A stretch of 64,000 nucleotides of DNA from Lingula anatina. Taxonomy: Eukaryota > Animalia > Brachiopoda. Location: contig CM120640.1 in NCBI GenBank assembly GCA_051362555.1, positions 3,782,001-3,846,000 of the forward strand. Direction: 5' to 3'. The position numbers and the translations under genes are program-made. The notes beneath the pieces are model-generated. The model saw only the letters and a program-made list of their open reading frames with translations, was not told where the DNA came from and made no database searches. Of this stretch, positions 50,986 through 64,000 are shown piece by piece (the first letter of the stretch is position 1; each line of letters starts with the position of its first letter).

Positions 50986-53431
50986 ATTTATGTAGCACTC
51001 ACATATTTATTGTATTGATCAAAGCGTTATATCAATTGTAGTATGATTTTTAAGAATAAGCAACAAAGAATAGAAATAGATACCTGTTTGTAGTGAGGAA
51101 GGTGATAGATCTTGTATAATCACTTGACCTCCCAGTTGATATTCCTGGGGCCGTAGAATGGCTGGGGGGCAACTGTGAAGACTCCAGTCTGAGATGGCGG
51201 CCTTAACATGGCTATGCTTTCCCCGCTGGCTAAATGAAGTCCAGTGGTTATATTATTATACATGATATTCATGATGGGTGCCACTTTGATGTGGATTTAG
51301 TATTGACGAGGTGTAGCACGTTTGTAATATCAGATGTTTAAAAAACTTTCATGTCGGAAGATTTTTTTTTTGTTGTTTTTGTATTTCAAGTCATCTCTTG
51401 TTATTATGATTTTTAAAATTTTTTAAGGTCATGTAAAATTGATCTTATGGTTGAAAACAATAAACTTATTATACATGATATTCAAAACATTTAATTAACA
51501 AATGTGATATTTTATTAACATACGTAAGATATTGATAGCCATATGAACCCTAGGAACGAGAAAACAGCGACTTTGACTTGTGTATTAATGAGACCCGAGT
51601 TGCTAAATGTCATTCCTTACTCTTGATATTATCTTCATGTAACCTGTGAAATATGCACGTGATTAATATTAACAAACCAAGTGTATTAAAATCCTCCAGT
51701 TATTTTAATCTGCATTACAAAATATCCAAAAACAAGTTTGGTCACTGCCAGAAGCGTCTTCTTCCTCCCTGGTTGGTAAACAGTTCAAGCCTATAGCCAT
51801 GTGGTTTGCTGCTCTATAATTAGATATTTGAATTATTAGAAATGTGAATTTTATATAGTTTACATGCACTTGCTTTGCGATATGAGTTAGGGCTCTACAT
51901 TCGCAATATCTGGATGGTGAGAATCTTTCTTGGCGTTCTATTTTAGTCTGATGACGATCAGACGCGATACAAAGGGCAATTGTGTCATTTTCTTTTTTGG
52001 TAGCTAATTTTTTCCTGAACAGTGAATTTATATTTCCTTAAATCCAGTAATATCTGCATTGGAGTTAGTTTAACAAAATTGTGAATAAAAATGCGTTATA
52101 TGAATTATTACTTTGTGCTTCATCCGAGGAGAGACCCGGGGAAAACTACAAATGCCTCTTTGTAAGCAATTAATTGATCCACTGAAGTTTTCCAATTTAG
52201 AGATACATTACATTATTGTCTTTTGCTTCATGTTAATAAATTTGGGATCAATGATTTGCTAAGTGGTATCTACTCACTGGCAAAACAATTATATGTGTAA
52301 AACGACAACAAAACCAGTTTCTTTCCCTTCCCCAGGACTTACTCGAGTAGACAGCGCGTAATCATGATTTTTTTCTTATTACTTTCAACTATGAAACGTT
52401 TCTGTTTCAAATGGGCGGGTTTACGCGTAAAATTTAAATTTTATTATGCCTACGTAATAAAATTAAATATCTGAAACTTTCAACACCTTTACCGCAGTCT
52501 CCACGGTGTACCACACCCCAAACCGTCGACAACATTATATTTGTAAACCCGTTTTTTAGATCTTAAGTTTCTGATGCTGAGTCTCGTCTTGGAGAAAGAG
52601 ATTGGTGCAGCACTGTCGGGGCGGTGAAAATAAAAAAATTAAACTCCAAAAAGTCGTTTGTAAGCCTTTAATCACTTTTTTTAACTTTATAAATTCTTAA
52701 ATCAAGATTTAAAAATCTGATCTACCAAACATTGTAAATCTACACCAAATCAAACAAATAATATTAAGAAAATCTACATGCTGAGCAAGTGAAGGCGAAG
52801 CTGTGTATGAAATTAACAACCTTTTAGCTCGAAGGGAAATATTGCACAGAATAATTAATATGATCAAAAACATTGCGGCCGTCTGTGTCGCATACAAATT
52901 ACGACCTACACCCAACGAGAACCACAGGAAACTTTTGCCTCTAGTCTTCAGCAAACTTCGACTTGTAGTCTATGTCTTTTTTCTAAAAAGTGCGGCGAAG
53001 TTAATTGCTTGAAGTGTCGTGCTTATCAAAGGTTATGAATTACACGTCACGGTAGGGTGTGCGCACGTGGAAGTTCTCGTGGTTGGCTGTCAGCACGCGG
53101 CCAGTTTGGCAAAACCTTTACATCACTCGTGCCACTCTGTCACAGGTCAGACAACCAGGCAGGTGAGAAGACGCACCTTACCTGACAAATTCTTAATCGG
53201 TGATGACACCTGGTAAATAGGGTGGATCCCTGCTGCAGAACAAGAAATAGTTCCTAGCTGTAAGAAATTAAGCAGAAAGAGTGGTAACTTCTTGGGGGAA
53301 AACTCCCCTCTTTTTCAGATCGAGTGTCCGCAGGTTCGGCAACACAGATCTGACAGTGAGGCGTGTAGCTGTGATTTTATAAAGGAACACTTATACATTT
53401 ATTTGTGCTTCAATGTGCTGTGGAACTTACG

Positions 53432-56147
53432 ATGGGATCTAACTTCAAAGATAAAGGGATCCTGTGCCTCCTGGTGATCCTAGGATGTATTCTGGAGATA
53501 TCGCAATCTCAAGAAGGTAAGAAAAACATTGCTGTACGGTGAACTTTAGTCTGTTACAAACAACTATTATTGTCTTTTCAATTTTTGCCCTTGTAAACCA
53601 TTACCAATTTTAAAAGAAGATAAGTAAATTAATATAAAGCGTATTTAAAAGATCAACTTTGGAATCCCTTTGTCAGCTGATGTGATTTTAAGCTTTTGTG
53701 ACTTTTCGGGCATCTTTTTTCTTTTAACATTTAGTGCGCATATAACCAGTTCTTATGTAAACAGTGTATGCCCAATTTAAAGCGCACATTGCCAAAGATA
53801 ATCAATTACTTCAAAATTAATTTTGACAAAAAAAGTTCCCTTCTTTTCGTTTAAATGAATTCAGAAAGCAAACATGTTTGAATCGAGGAACACCATGCAG
53901 AATTGAAGGTAAAATTCTCAAGCTCGCCATGTGACCATTTTTATTTTCTGTTTCTGTTTATATCTATTTATTACCTTATCACACATTCAATAACACAAGA
54001 AAAACAAATAACAGAGGAAAACAAAATTTCTTCTTCCGGATTAAAAACGTTGCCAAGTGCGTTATTCTCAGCTAATTTATGTTAGCAATGATTGCGTCAT
54101 GGCAGGACGCATAGAATATGCATTGACAAACCAAGCAGATTCTGTTTTCAATATCTTTGCGTACCATGGTACTACAATGCCAGCACACTCCTATTAAATA
54201 TATTTTCATTGCCCAAACTTACAACTGCTGCAGGCAATATAGACATATATGTTGTTGCTGAACTGAGAACTAACCTAGGGCTTATTGGGCAAGTGCCTGT
54301 CAGACAGTGAACACCAAAACGTCTGTGTAAAGCATACGGCCAATTCTCTAGTAGACCATGTAAAGAAAAAAATCATAATGACAACGTATGCTGATTAGAG
54401 TAAGGACTTAAAAATTTGAATATTAACCGAACATGATTTGCTTTTTGAAAACCACTCTTTAAACCGTCAAAACAGGTTCTTGCATGTTTTTGATGCCCTC
54501 ATGCCCTTCGATCTACTAGGGAAGCACATGGCAACATATTGATACCTCACCGTACATGTATATCCCTTTTATAATTGTTTTTTATAAATAGATACCCATA
54601 GTATGTAGATTTAATAAACGGTGTGATAACTGTAAGCTACACAATACAGGTATCAAACATGTGCATCTCTACTAGTGCTAGAGATAGTAGGGCTAGATAA
54701 TTTAACAGTACAGTTCATGGCAAAAAAAAAAAAAAAAAAAAAAAACAGGTCGAAGGTCAATTTCAAGGTCATATTAATATTCCGACTATATTATGTGCTA
54801 TTCAAATTCAGTAGTAGTGTATCTCTGCTGCTTTGCAGATACAAGGGCTAAAAAATTTGCAAAATTCAGTTCACGATTGAAAAGTAGGTCAAAGGTCAAA
54901 TTCAAGGTCACTTTAACATTGCCAATATTTGGTTTGCTATGCTAGTTCAATAGTAACTATATGGGCGTATTTATGCTAGTTTGGAGTATTTCCAATTTTA
55001 TTTTGAAAACTTTTAACATTGAGCTTTGCACCTTTGTACTATTTGAAATAGCTTAACAACTAAATCGTGTAAAACCCGTTTAAAATGTCAATTATTTAGT
55101 TAAAAAAGGCCAGATTTATTAGTTTCTGTCACCAGAGATATATGAAAAGAAGAATTCGGGAAAATATCCTTAACTTCATTTTTACTTTTCTGTTTGCCTC
55201 GAAAGTACGGTACCTATATACTGAAAATAATAATTCACAAGTGAATAGAAAAGACTTATATTTAACACTAATCATTTGCGTTTTATGTACAAAATTTGCA
55301 AAAGCAAATAGATATTGTATCATGATAGATATATGACGGTTTATTACAGGATGGCCTCCTGTAGGCCTAACTACAATGGACCGCGACAGTAAAAGTACGT
55401 GTAAGGTGTGAATAATGTACATCTTAGCAAAGTTGCCCGTTTTTTTTTATTGATAATCACATAAATAAAAAAGCAATTTAAAACCCAAAAATAGGCGAAG
55501 AAACTGGCAATATCACTTTAAAAAAATTAATTTGAAGGTAAAGAGCAAGCAACCATTTCATAGTCCCAAGTGAAACGTTAGCTATTTATTTTACTACTGC
55601 GACAAATTTGCTTAATTGGTTGTATATTGTCGATCAAATTTCTTTTGATATTGTACCTAGATAAATTAAATTTACCATGTTTGTTACAAAATAAGAAAAT
55701 TTCTCCATTCTAGCAAGGCACGAATTAATTATTTTTTTCACGATTTACACAAAAACTAAATTTATCAATTTTTGTCACTAGAGATTTAGAAAAAGTAGAA
55801 TTAACGAATATATCTTTAACTTCATTTTTCACTTTTTTTTTCTTCAAATGGACCTATATATTCAGAATGAGTGATAGTTTCAAATAGTATAACTAAGATA
55901 AATATCAAAGCGTGTCGTTTCATATACTAACTTTTACTTCAATTAAAATTACTTGCCGATTTGATTATTCTTTATTATCTAATGTAGTCAATATATTTGA
56001 TCATAGCAAACTGCTTTTACATTTCTTATGAAATGAGGCATTTCTTTTCAAAGCACTGAAAAAAAAACAGCTTATTTTGATTTAAAAAAAAAAAAGATCT
56101 AAATTTTTTTTGTTTTTTTCTCCCCCCTTTTTTGTCTTTTTCTTTTT

Positions 56148-56197
<50 letters not shown>

Positions 56198-59100
56198 GAG
56201 ATGGTTGAAGTATGGCGCTCGAGAAAATCTCCCTCTCTGGCAATTGTCATTCCAAACAGGTATGAATAATTATATAGTTAATTGACCATTAGACGAAATG
56301 CATTGTAGAATGATCGATATTGTATGCTTTTAGGTCATATCAAAAATGCGTAATATAATTACGCAGGTTTGAGTGCTACCACGTGTACTCATTCCAAACA
56401 AATTTACCGCCGTCATACAATGCAGTAGTTGAGATTGCGCATAAGTTTACCTATTTTTTCAACTTCCGCTTTTAAAAACTACCGGTAGAGGAAAAGGCTG
56501 TAAGGATGTTGCAGAATTTAGGGGATATAAACAGCTTGCAGGAGTGAATGGCAAGACAGTGAACCACTAGTGTCTAGTTAATTTTGTGTATATTTATCGA
56601 TGGCTTCGACTATGAACAAAAGCCACTCGATCAGCTTTCCATCTCAAGATTAAATAGTTAATCATATCTCAGAGAACAGAAAATATGCTGAACAACTAAG
56701 ACTAGACGGAAAGAACTTTTTTTAAAAAATCAGATGTTAATCTTGATTAAAATTCAAGTGCAAGTGATGTACAGCATCATTTATCAAACTTCAAACTCCA
56801 CATATTTGCAATAGGCAACAATAGGGTTATGATGGAGTGATAAACGGTAATTTTTTTTCCTTGGAGGAGGGAAGGTGAGGGGGTTAGATATCATTCCAGT
56901 GTATTTTCATTTGTAGTTTATCACCATGAAATTGTAATTACAATTGAATTTTCTCTTTCAGTAATTCAGTTGAACTTGTGTCTCAATACAAGACTGGTCA
57001 TCCCTCCATGTACAGGAGGAAAGAAGATCAACATAATTCTAGAAAGCTATGGGCGTAATCCTGAGGGTGTAGAACGCTGCCAACCCCACCCAACAATAGA
57101 CTGCACTATACGTGGAGATGTGTTTATCAACCTTTGCCAGGGGAAAACTGAGTGTTCCCCAAGATTCCGACCTGTCCCTTACTATCCTATTAAAGCAAGC
57201 AAGTGCCCTCAGATAGAAACTGATGATGTGGAAATTTTAACCAACTACCTACATTTAGAATACCAGTGTCTGGACAGAATACGTAAGTGGTAGTATATCC
57301 ACTACAGTAGCAGTGTATGGTATGTTTTGTTTATATTTGTGTGATAATCATATAAAATAATAGCTGTTAAAATGAATGAGGTGCCAGTAGATCTATAATA
57401 ATAACTTTTTTTTTTCGCATAATTGGTACGGTATTTTATTTAAATGGACTTCTACACTTCAGTTTATTTTGTGTTGGAGTAGGCTTAAACCCTGTCCTTA
57501 AACTGAAAGTTAAAAACAAGACTTTTTCTTTGTTCCTTTGCAATGTTTTCTGGTCTCTAACTGCAGGTTCTAGAATTAGTTTGAACCAGCCCTGTGAGCT
57601 GAATCTGGACCGCTGTAAAGACAACAATGCTCACTGTGACCCTGACTTCCTACAGTGCAGGTGTGTCAAAGGGTACTTTGCTAAAATCATCAACGGAAAT
57701 CCAGTTTGTGGTGAGCAATATTTAAAAATCTCTTTTTAAATTTTTATTGACCAGGTTAACTTTTTTGTAAATGGTAATCAGGACAAATTAAGTTTGTTTT
57801 CATAACACATTTTTCACTTCATATTTTATGGTTCTTTATTTTTATTTTTTTAAATTTTAATACTGTTTTTGTAATTTCATTACCACTACATTAGATGCAG
57901 TATATCTTATTTGTGCTAAAGAGCTAGGTGCCAAGAAGCAGTATAGTTTCCCTTTCAGTAGAGATCTATGCACCATGTAAATAAAGATAAAAAAAAAAAA
58001 GATGGAAGGTACATGTATGCATACTGGCTTCAAAAATTTCCAAAGAGGTACAAGTTGTGTTAATGTCAATATACTGTTCCCTATGGGTATTTTTTAAACA
58101 TTGCAGCAGTATAGCAAGACTTACACATTAGGATATCACTTCTAGAAATTTTGAATTCAATTTTAAATATGTTACCTTGGGCTAGGGAACTGCTCATTAA
58201 AAAATTGAACTCAGCGCCATGCTATTACCATCCCTCAGGATACAAGATCAGGTTTTTTAATGGCACAGATGTTACTATGCTACTGTAGGTGCAGCATTTA
58301 TATTGAATTAATGTGTGTTTTCAAAGTTGGAATAGTCGTAAACCCAGGGCAGAAATATGACAATTACACAGTGTAAGTTCTTAATGTACATGTACCTCCT
58401 GCTTCTAGAGTAGCCTGATTTTCTGTTTTTTTTTTTTTTTTTTTTTTTTTTTCAACCATATTTCTGCCTTGTCTTTGTCTGTGTCCACCTGTAATATATT
58501 GTCTTGTATAATATGTTTGTAGTCACTTTGTAGTCACTTTGTAGTCACTCCAATTCGCTAGGTTTTACTTGTCACCTGGATTGATCCCAAAGATTTTTTC
58601 ATATCAGCTGGCATGCTGATCTAGATTTAATGACCCATTTTATATGTGTAAAAACATTTCAAATCTGAGTCATTGCAGTAGTAAGTGGTAGAGATGTACT
58701 AGAAAATAGTACATAAGTGCATGGACATAATAAGAGAACTTTCCTATTTAGGTCCAAGATAAGTGCAAGCTGGTGATGGCATTGTCTGGTTTTCTCTGTT
58801 TTGTCAATAATATAGGAGGAGTTGACTTTGTCTTTCTTAATTTTGTCACAGTGTAAAGCTGATTACACTCACAGCTATGTCTCTCTCCTATTTCCTATTG
58901 TTCACTTAAATCAGATAATTCATATAGCTGCCTTTTACCCAGTAGAAAGGTGTCAAGGACACTAGTGACAGTTTAACAGGTATCTCCAGCCTTTAGTTGG
59001 TAACCACCACTAACAGGTAGACTTATTACCTGCGCAGTTGTCCTACCTGAATAAAGGGGTGAATGGTGGATCAGTTAAAAAGTTTATTGCTGTAATTATC

Positions 59101-62100
59101 TATATCTTCATTATTTTCACCAGCCTAACTACTTGTACAAGCAAATGTACCTTTACAATTGGAATCATACATGCTGTTTTACCCCTATAAGCACAGCTGA
59201 AGTCAGAGATGTGTAGAAGTGAATGGTTAAGAAATTGACGTAGATAATTTAAAAACTCGCATTTCTACTTTGTCTTAGTCCCCCACATTCCCCTGAATGG
59301 TCTGTGTGCAGTCCCAGACATATGTAACAGTACCAACGCCGAGTGCAGAGGAGGGCGCTGCAGGTGTAAACCAGATTTTTATGAGAAATATGGAAGCTGC
59401 GGTGAGTTTTTATTGTGTCAAAAAATCCTCAATGAGATCAAATGTTTATGTATTACCATGTTTATTGGAAATACTTCCTTAATAGAGTAATATTAAATAA
59501 TATGTATATTTTATTGGGAAATGTTCAATTAACTTTCGTTTCCAAATTTTTATGCACTTAATATAATCATGTTAATGGTTAAGGAAAAAAGGTACAATTT
59601 TTACCAGATATATAAAAAATAACATATACCTTTAGTTTTTGATATACTATTTTGATCAGTTTTATAAATGTATAAAGATACATGTATGAATTGAATTTAA
59701 AAATGAAATTTACCCACATTTCACTGATAACCTGTGTAACTCCTTGCAGACTATAAGATAGCCCTGGGTTCCCGGTGTCAGAGTGCCTTGGACCAGTGTG
59801 TGGACCAATTTGGACGCTGTCAGTCTGGGATATGTCGGTGTATCCAGGGATACTTCCCCAAAGCTGGCATGTGCCGTAAGTATCTGTGCTTAACATTATG
59901 ATAACTGAAGTTTTTTAAGTCTAATACTGCACAATATTGGTCTAGTTGATGATGGTGCATTGTCTACTGATTGAAAATAAAGGTGAACTATTTTCAATAC
60001 AATACATTGCATATATCCAGTTTAGATTTTAAAAAAGTTCTTTTTTTTTGTGAAATACATCTGGATAAATTACCAAACATAGTATTATATGCTTTATATT
60101 AATTATTATATCATTTATTGTAACGTTGGTTTTAAGTCTAAAATCTCAGTAAGTAGAAAGGCCTATGATTGCCTGCCCCAAAGGTTTGCTTCATCCCTTT
60201 AAAGTAGTGAAATTACACTAAAAATAAAAATAGTGTCTTTATTTGAAAAAAAAGCAATAGATTTTATTAGTACCACCAGCGTGTACGCTGGCGGTACTCA
60301 TGGTTTTAGTCCCGACCCGTCTCGTCCGGCTCCGCCGGCTCCGTGAGCTCCGTGAGCTCCGCCGGCTCCGCGTACTGGCGCCGGATACAAGTCACCGTTA
60401 CCGCTTCTCCTCCTAGACCACAAGGACCCCTGTCCCCATCTCTTGGATTTAGGTCACATATAACCTCAACTTGAACCCCCAGGTTTTTTTTGTCTCAGTC
60501 GGTGCATTGACCTGGGCGTGACGCTCGTTGAAATGCACCCTTGTCAAAATTTTTGAAAATTCAATGCCAATTATCTACCCTATGGAAGGAATTATGGGAA
60601 AAATTTCTACAGACGTCTTCCCAAAAGTCATATGTGTAGATTACAAATATGCCCTTGGATTTGACCTTTGACCTTTATTCCAAGGTCAAAGGGGCCAAAA
60701 TTTTCCAAAAAAACAAATTTTTTACGAAAAAAAAATTATTTGCGCTGTTATTCAGACACTACACAGACTTAACCAATAATATTATTGGAAAGTGTTACCC
60801 TTTGGGTCATCTTTCATCTCCATGAATTTGGGGTCAATCAGTGCATTTTCACGGGAGTAGCAGCCATAAGATACGGAAACTAAAAACTCTAATTCGTCTC
60901 TAATTCAGAAACCGTTAATGCTAGACACCCGTTCTTTTTTGCATTTTGTAGAGCATGTAAAGCCCAACATTGGGTGTGGTCTCTGTTTTTTTGTATTTTA
61001 TATGGTTTTCGTGTTATGCTGTATTAAAAAGTACATTGTGGTGGCACATTATTGTAACTCAGAATTGTAACATATAGTCCCTTATATCTCCAAAACTGGC
61101 AGAGATACGTCAATAGTTACTATTAAAGTTGAATAGGAAGTCATATACTGGCAATCTGAGCGTGACCTTGAAATTGACCTTTGACCTACTTTTCATCATG
61201 AATTGAACTTTGCAAATTTTGGTTCTCTTTTATCTCCAAAACTGGCAGAGATACACCCATAGTTGCTATTGAATTTGAATAGAAAGTCATTAGAGGCAAT
61301 TTACTGTGACCTTGAAATTGACCTTTGACCTACTTTTCACCATGAACTAAACTTTGCAAATTTTTGTTCCCTTTTATCCAAAACTGGCAGATATAGGTCA
61401 ATAGTTACTATTAAAGTTGAATAGGAAGTCATATACTGGCAATCTAAGTGTGACCTTGAAATTGACCTTTGACCTACTTTTTACCATGAACTGAACTCTG
61501 CTAATTTATTTCCCTTTTAACTCCATACCTGGCAGAGATAGGTCCATAGTTACTATTGAAGTTGAATAGGAAGTTATATACTGGTAATCTTACTCTGATC
61601 TTGAAATTGACTTTTGACCTACTTTACACCTTAAACTGAACTTTGCAACTTTTTTAATGCTTATACTTTCAAAACTGGCAAAGATACGCCCATAGTTACT
61701 ATTGAATTTGAATAGAAAGTCATTAGAGGCAATTTAATGTGACCTTAAAATAGACCTATAACCTACTTTTCACCATGAACTGAACTTTGCAAATTTTTGT
61801 TCCCTTTTATCACCAAAACTGGCAGAGATAGGTCCATAGTTACTATTGAACTTGAATAGGAAGTCATATACTGGCAGGTCCATAGTTACTATTGAATTTG
61901 AATAGAAAGTCACTAGAGGCAATTTCCTGTGACCTTAAAAGTGGCCTTTGACCTACTTTTCACCATGAACTGAACTTTGCAAATTTTTGTTCCCTTTATC
62001 TCCAAAACTGGCAGATATAGGTCCATAGTTACTATTGCACTTGAATAGGAAGTCATATACTGGCAATCTAAGTGTGACCTTGAAATTGACCTTTGACCTA

Positions 62101-63562
62101 CTTTTCATCATGAATTGAAATTTGTAAAATTTGGTTTCCATTTATCTCCAAAACTGGCAGAGATAGGTCCATAGTTACTATTGAACTTGAATAGGAAGTC
62201 ATATACTGGCAATTAACTGTGACTTTAAAATTGACCTTTGACCTACTTTTTATGATGAACTGAATTTTGATTGTACCATTTTTGGTTATATTTTTTGCAT
62301 ATTTTGAGAATTCTTGTTGATTGCATTTTATAGAGCTTGTCAAGCATAAGACTGGTGGTGGTGTCTCTTTTTTTTTGGGGGGGGGGGGCGGGGGCGAGGT
62401 CCATATGAATGCGCTTGCTCCAGCTGGTGGTACTATATCAGGAGGCGGTATCGCCTTTCTGATCCTCTAGTTATTATTATTATTCACTTAGCTTTAAACA
62501 ACTATGGAAAAGCAGTCTTAATAAAAGTGAATACAAATCAAGCATTTTGTGTCTGGAGATATTTATAGACTAATGGTTGATAATTTTTTGTTAATTTTTT
62601 TCTACTAATTTATCCACTAATTTGGATTCAAACTAATTTTACCTCCTTGGGCTATGATGTGTTCTTCAGGTCCCTCCATCCCCCTGGGTGACCGCTGTGC
62701 CCCTGACGAGGAGTGTGCAGATGTGGCAGCTACCTGTCAGGCAGGGGCGTGTAGATGTAACAAAGACCACTACGAGAAAAGTGGACGATGTGGTATGTTA
62801 ACTGACCAATCAGTAGCAAACTTTTCTTTACAGTTGCACTTATACTTGGAGTTACAGTTTGAGTATTTTGATCAAACAAAAAAAGTCAAAGAAAACCAGC
62901 AAGCGCTGAGCATTATTTATGAAAACTCTGTATGTCACAAGTTTATTTTCTCTGTTATTTACAATGATTATATTGCCAGTTAGAAATCATAAGATGATAT
63001 GTTAGTGACTGACTTTTTGTAATATTCATTTTTCAGTTGCAAAACTTGGTCTCAATGATGGCTGCTCATCTCAGGATGTGTGTAAAGATGAAAATGCTGC
63101 CTGCTTGGTGGGAGCCTGTTATTGCAAAGGAGAATATTATGAAAAGAATGGCAAATGTGGTAAGTTATATGCTACAAGTAACACTGATTGCTGTTATATC
63201 TCTTTTATATTTTGTCCACAGTTTTACAGATGTCAATCTTGCTAATGCTACTGAACCCGTTGTCAACTTTTTTGTCCTCACAGTATAACATTACGTGTAT
63301 GTTGAAATTTTCAAATGCCTTTATTACCAGGAAAACTTTTTATCTTAATCAAAATTATTGTTTCAGACTGCCCATTATAGTTGGGTAAAGGAAATTAATT
63401 TCCTTAGTCAATAAAGATGACTGAATTTTATTCCAGTTCTGAAGATTCCGCTTAACCAGAGATGTACGGAATCTGTGGACCAGTGCGCAGACCCCAACTC
63501 CAACTGTAAAGATGGCCGCTGTCACTGCACTGACACATTCTTTGCTAAGAACATTAAATGTG
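53432..63562 (+). CDS. Tandem paralogue (gene 2): signal peptide, SUEL-lectin-like domain, EGF/EB-like modules; 3' end beyond the window
   Basis: Exons 53432-53516 (MGSNFKDKGILCLLVILGCILEISQSQE, signal-peptide-like, phase 1), 56962-57282 (lectin: GGKKINIILESYGRNP...CQGKTEC...NYLHLEYQC), 57567-57710, 59279-59401, 59750-59875, 62670-62792, 63037-63159 and 63437-63562. Confidence 0.85.
54710..54985 (-). repeat. Two degenerate inverted copies of the ~145-bp satellite monomer found at 61080-62260
   Basis: AAAAGTAGGTCAAAGGTCAAATTCAAGGTCAC is the near reverse complement of GTGACCTTGAAATTGACCTTTGACCTACTTTT. Confidence 0.75.
56152..56196. repeat. (TG)n microsatellite (others at about 40172-40236 and (CA)n at about 41084-41130)
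   Basis: Direct reading of the sequence. Confidence 0.9.
60262..62472 (+). mobile_element. HINE / non-autonomous Helentron (~2.2 kb) with an internal ~145-bp tandem array
   Basis: Sub-TIR AGTACCACCAGC at 60269-60280 with a nearby inverted copy at 60287-60298 and a 3' copy GCTGGTGGTACT at 62423-62434; GC-rich microrepeat at 60325-60371; 3' hairpin ATCAGGAGGCG-GTA-TCGCCTTTCTGAT, then CTAGTT; about 8 monomers at 61080-62260. Confidence 0.85.
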
Positions 63563-63719
63563 GTAAGTGGTGCATTTTGTATGCCATGGTTTAAATTTAC
63601 TTAGAGTCACATGTCATTAAGCTTTATGCTCCTGCTAAATTAATTTAGTAAACAAAATTAAGGTACGGGATTTATCAATCCTGTTCAAGTAATATAATAG
63701 AGATTCACTATTTACTTAA

Positions 63720-64000
63720 AGGGATAATAACTCTTCGTTTCGGCCAAAAAATGAATTTTCCTGGAGTAAACAACAATTTTCCCATACTTACCAATGGTTA
63801 ATGAATCCATTTTTACATTCAAAGTTAGTCCCTGGTTTTTTTCTAAAAAGTTTGGTTTTTTGTTAAAATCTCTTAAGAGATTTTAACAGACTGTAGCCAT
63901 CAATGGAGATCACGTGGTCTAAAGACAAGCTCAGATATCAGAATAATAGCTATAACTGCCGTTTTTATGGTAAAACAGAATGTATTATATTTCTATGAGT
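63720..64000. mobile_element. Possible start of a TTAA-inserted (Kolobok-like) non-autonomous element, truncated by the window
   Basis: TTAA|AGGGATAATAAC start only; the other end is not visible. Confidence 0.25.

Noticed and set aside
52709-53330. Short ORFs and a minus-strand donor-like site (CTTACCTG at ~53177)
   Set aside because: No coherent coding model; more likely the CpG-richer promoter/5' region of gene 2.
40172-56196. Other TG/CA microsatellites as further insertions or excision footprints
   Set aside because: None has adjacent CTTGT/ACAAG ends with the AACCGAGGAC motif.

Overview
AT-rich, intron-dense animal genomic DNA, probably a lophotrochozoan invertebrate such as a mollusc (inferred from gene and repeat style only). 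It holds three main things. (1) A giant + strand type-I membrane receptor gene (947-50155; 5' exon not found, probably upstream): a SUEL/Gal-lectin-like domain, about 70 phase-1/phase-1 exons each encoding one 6-Cys EGF/EB-like module, a transmembrane exon and a ~200-aa Pro/Tyr-rich tail. (2) A tandem paralogue starting at 53432 that runs off the window. (3) A ~17.3-kb element (about 4461-21737) in one intron of gene 1, inserted into a (TG)n microsatellite. It has bipartite inverted ends (CTTGT-N11-AACCGAGGACA) and clusters of a 10-bp motif at both ends. It carries one spliced gene for a ~990-aa SET domain + C2H2 zinc finger + tyrosine recombinase + Myb/SANT-like protein. This looks like a large, microsatellite-targeting, Crypton-like DNA transposon with its own histone-methyltransferase domain and is the main candidate novel system. 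The window also has nested MITEs, Helentron-type (HINE) elements with 145-165-bp satellites, and tandem duplications of splice donors. All exon models were read by eye from GT/AG sites and frame continuity; there is no expression or database evidence.
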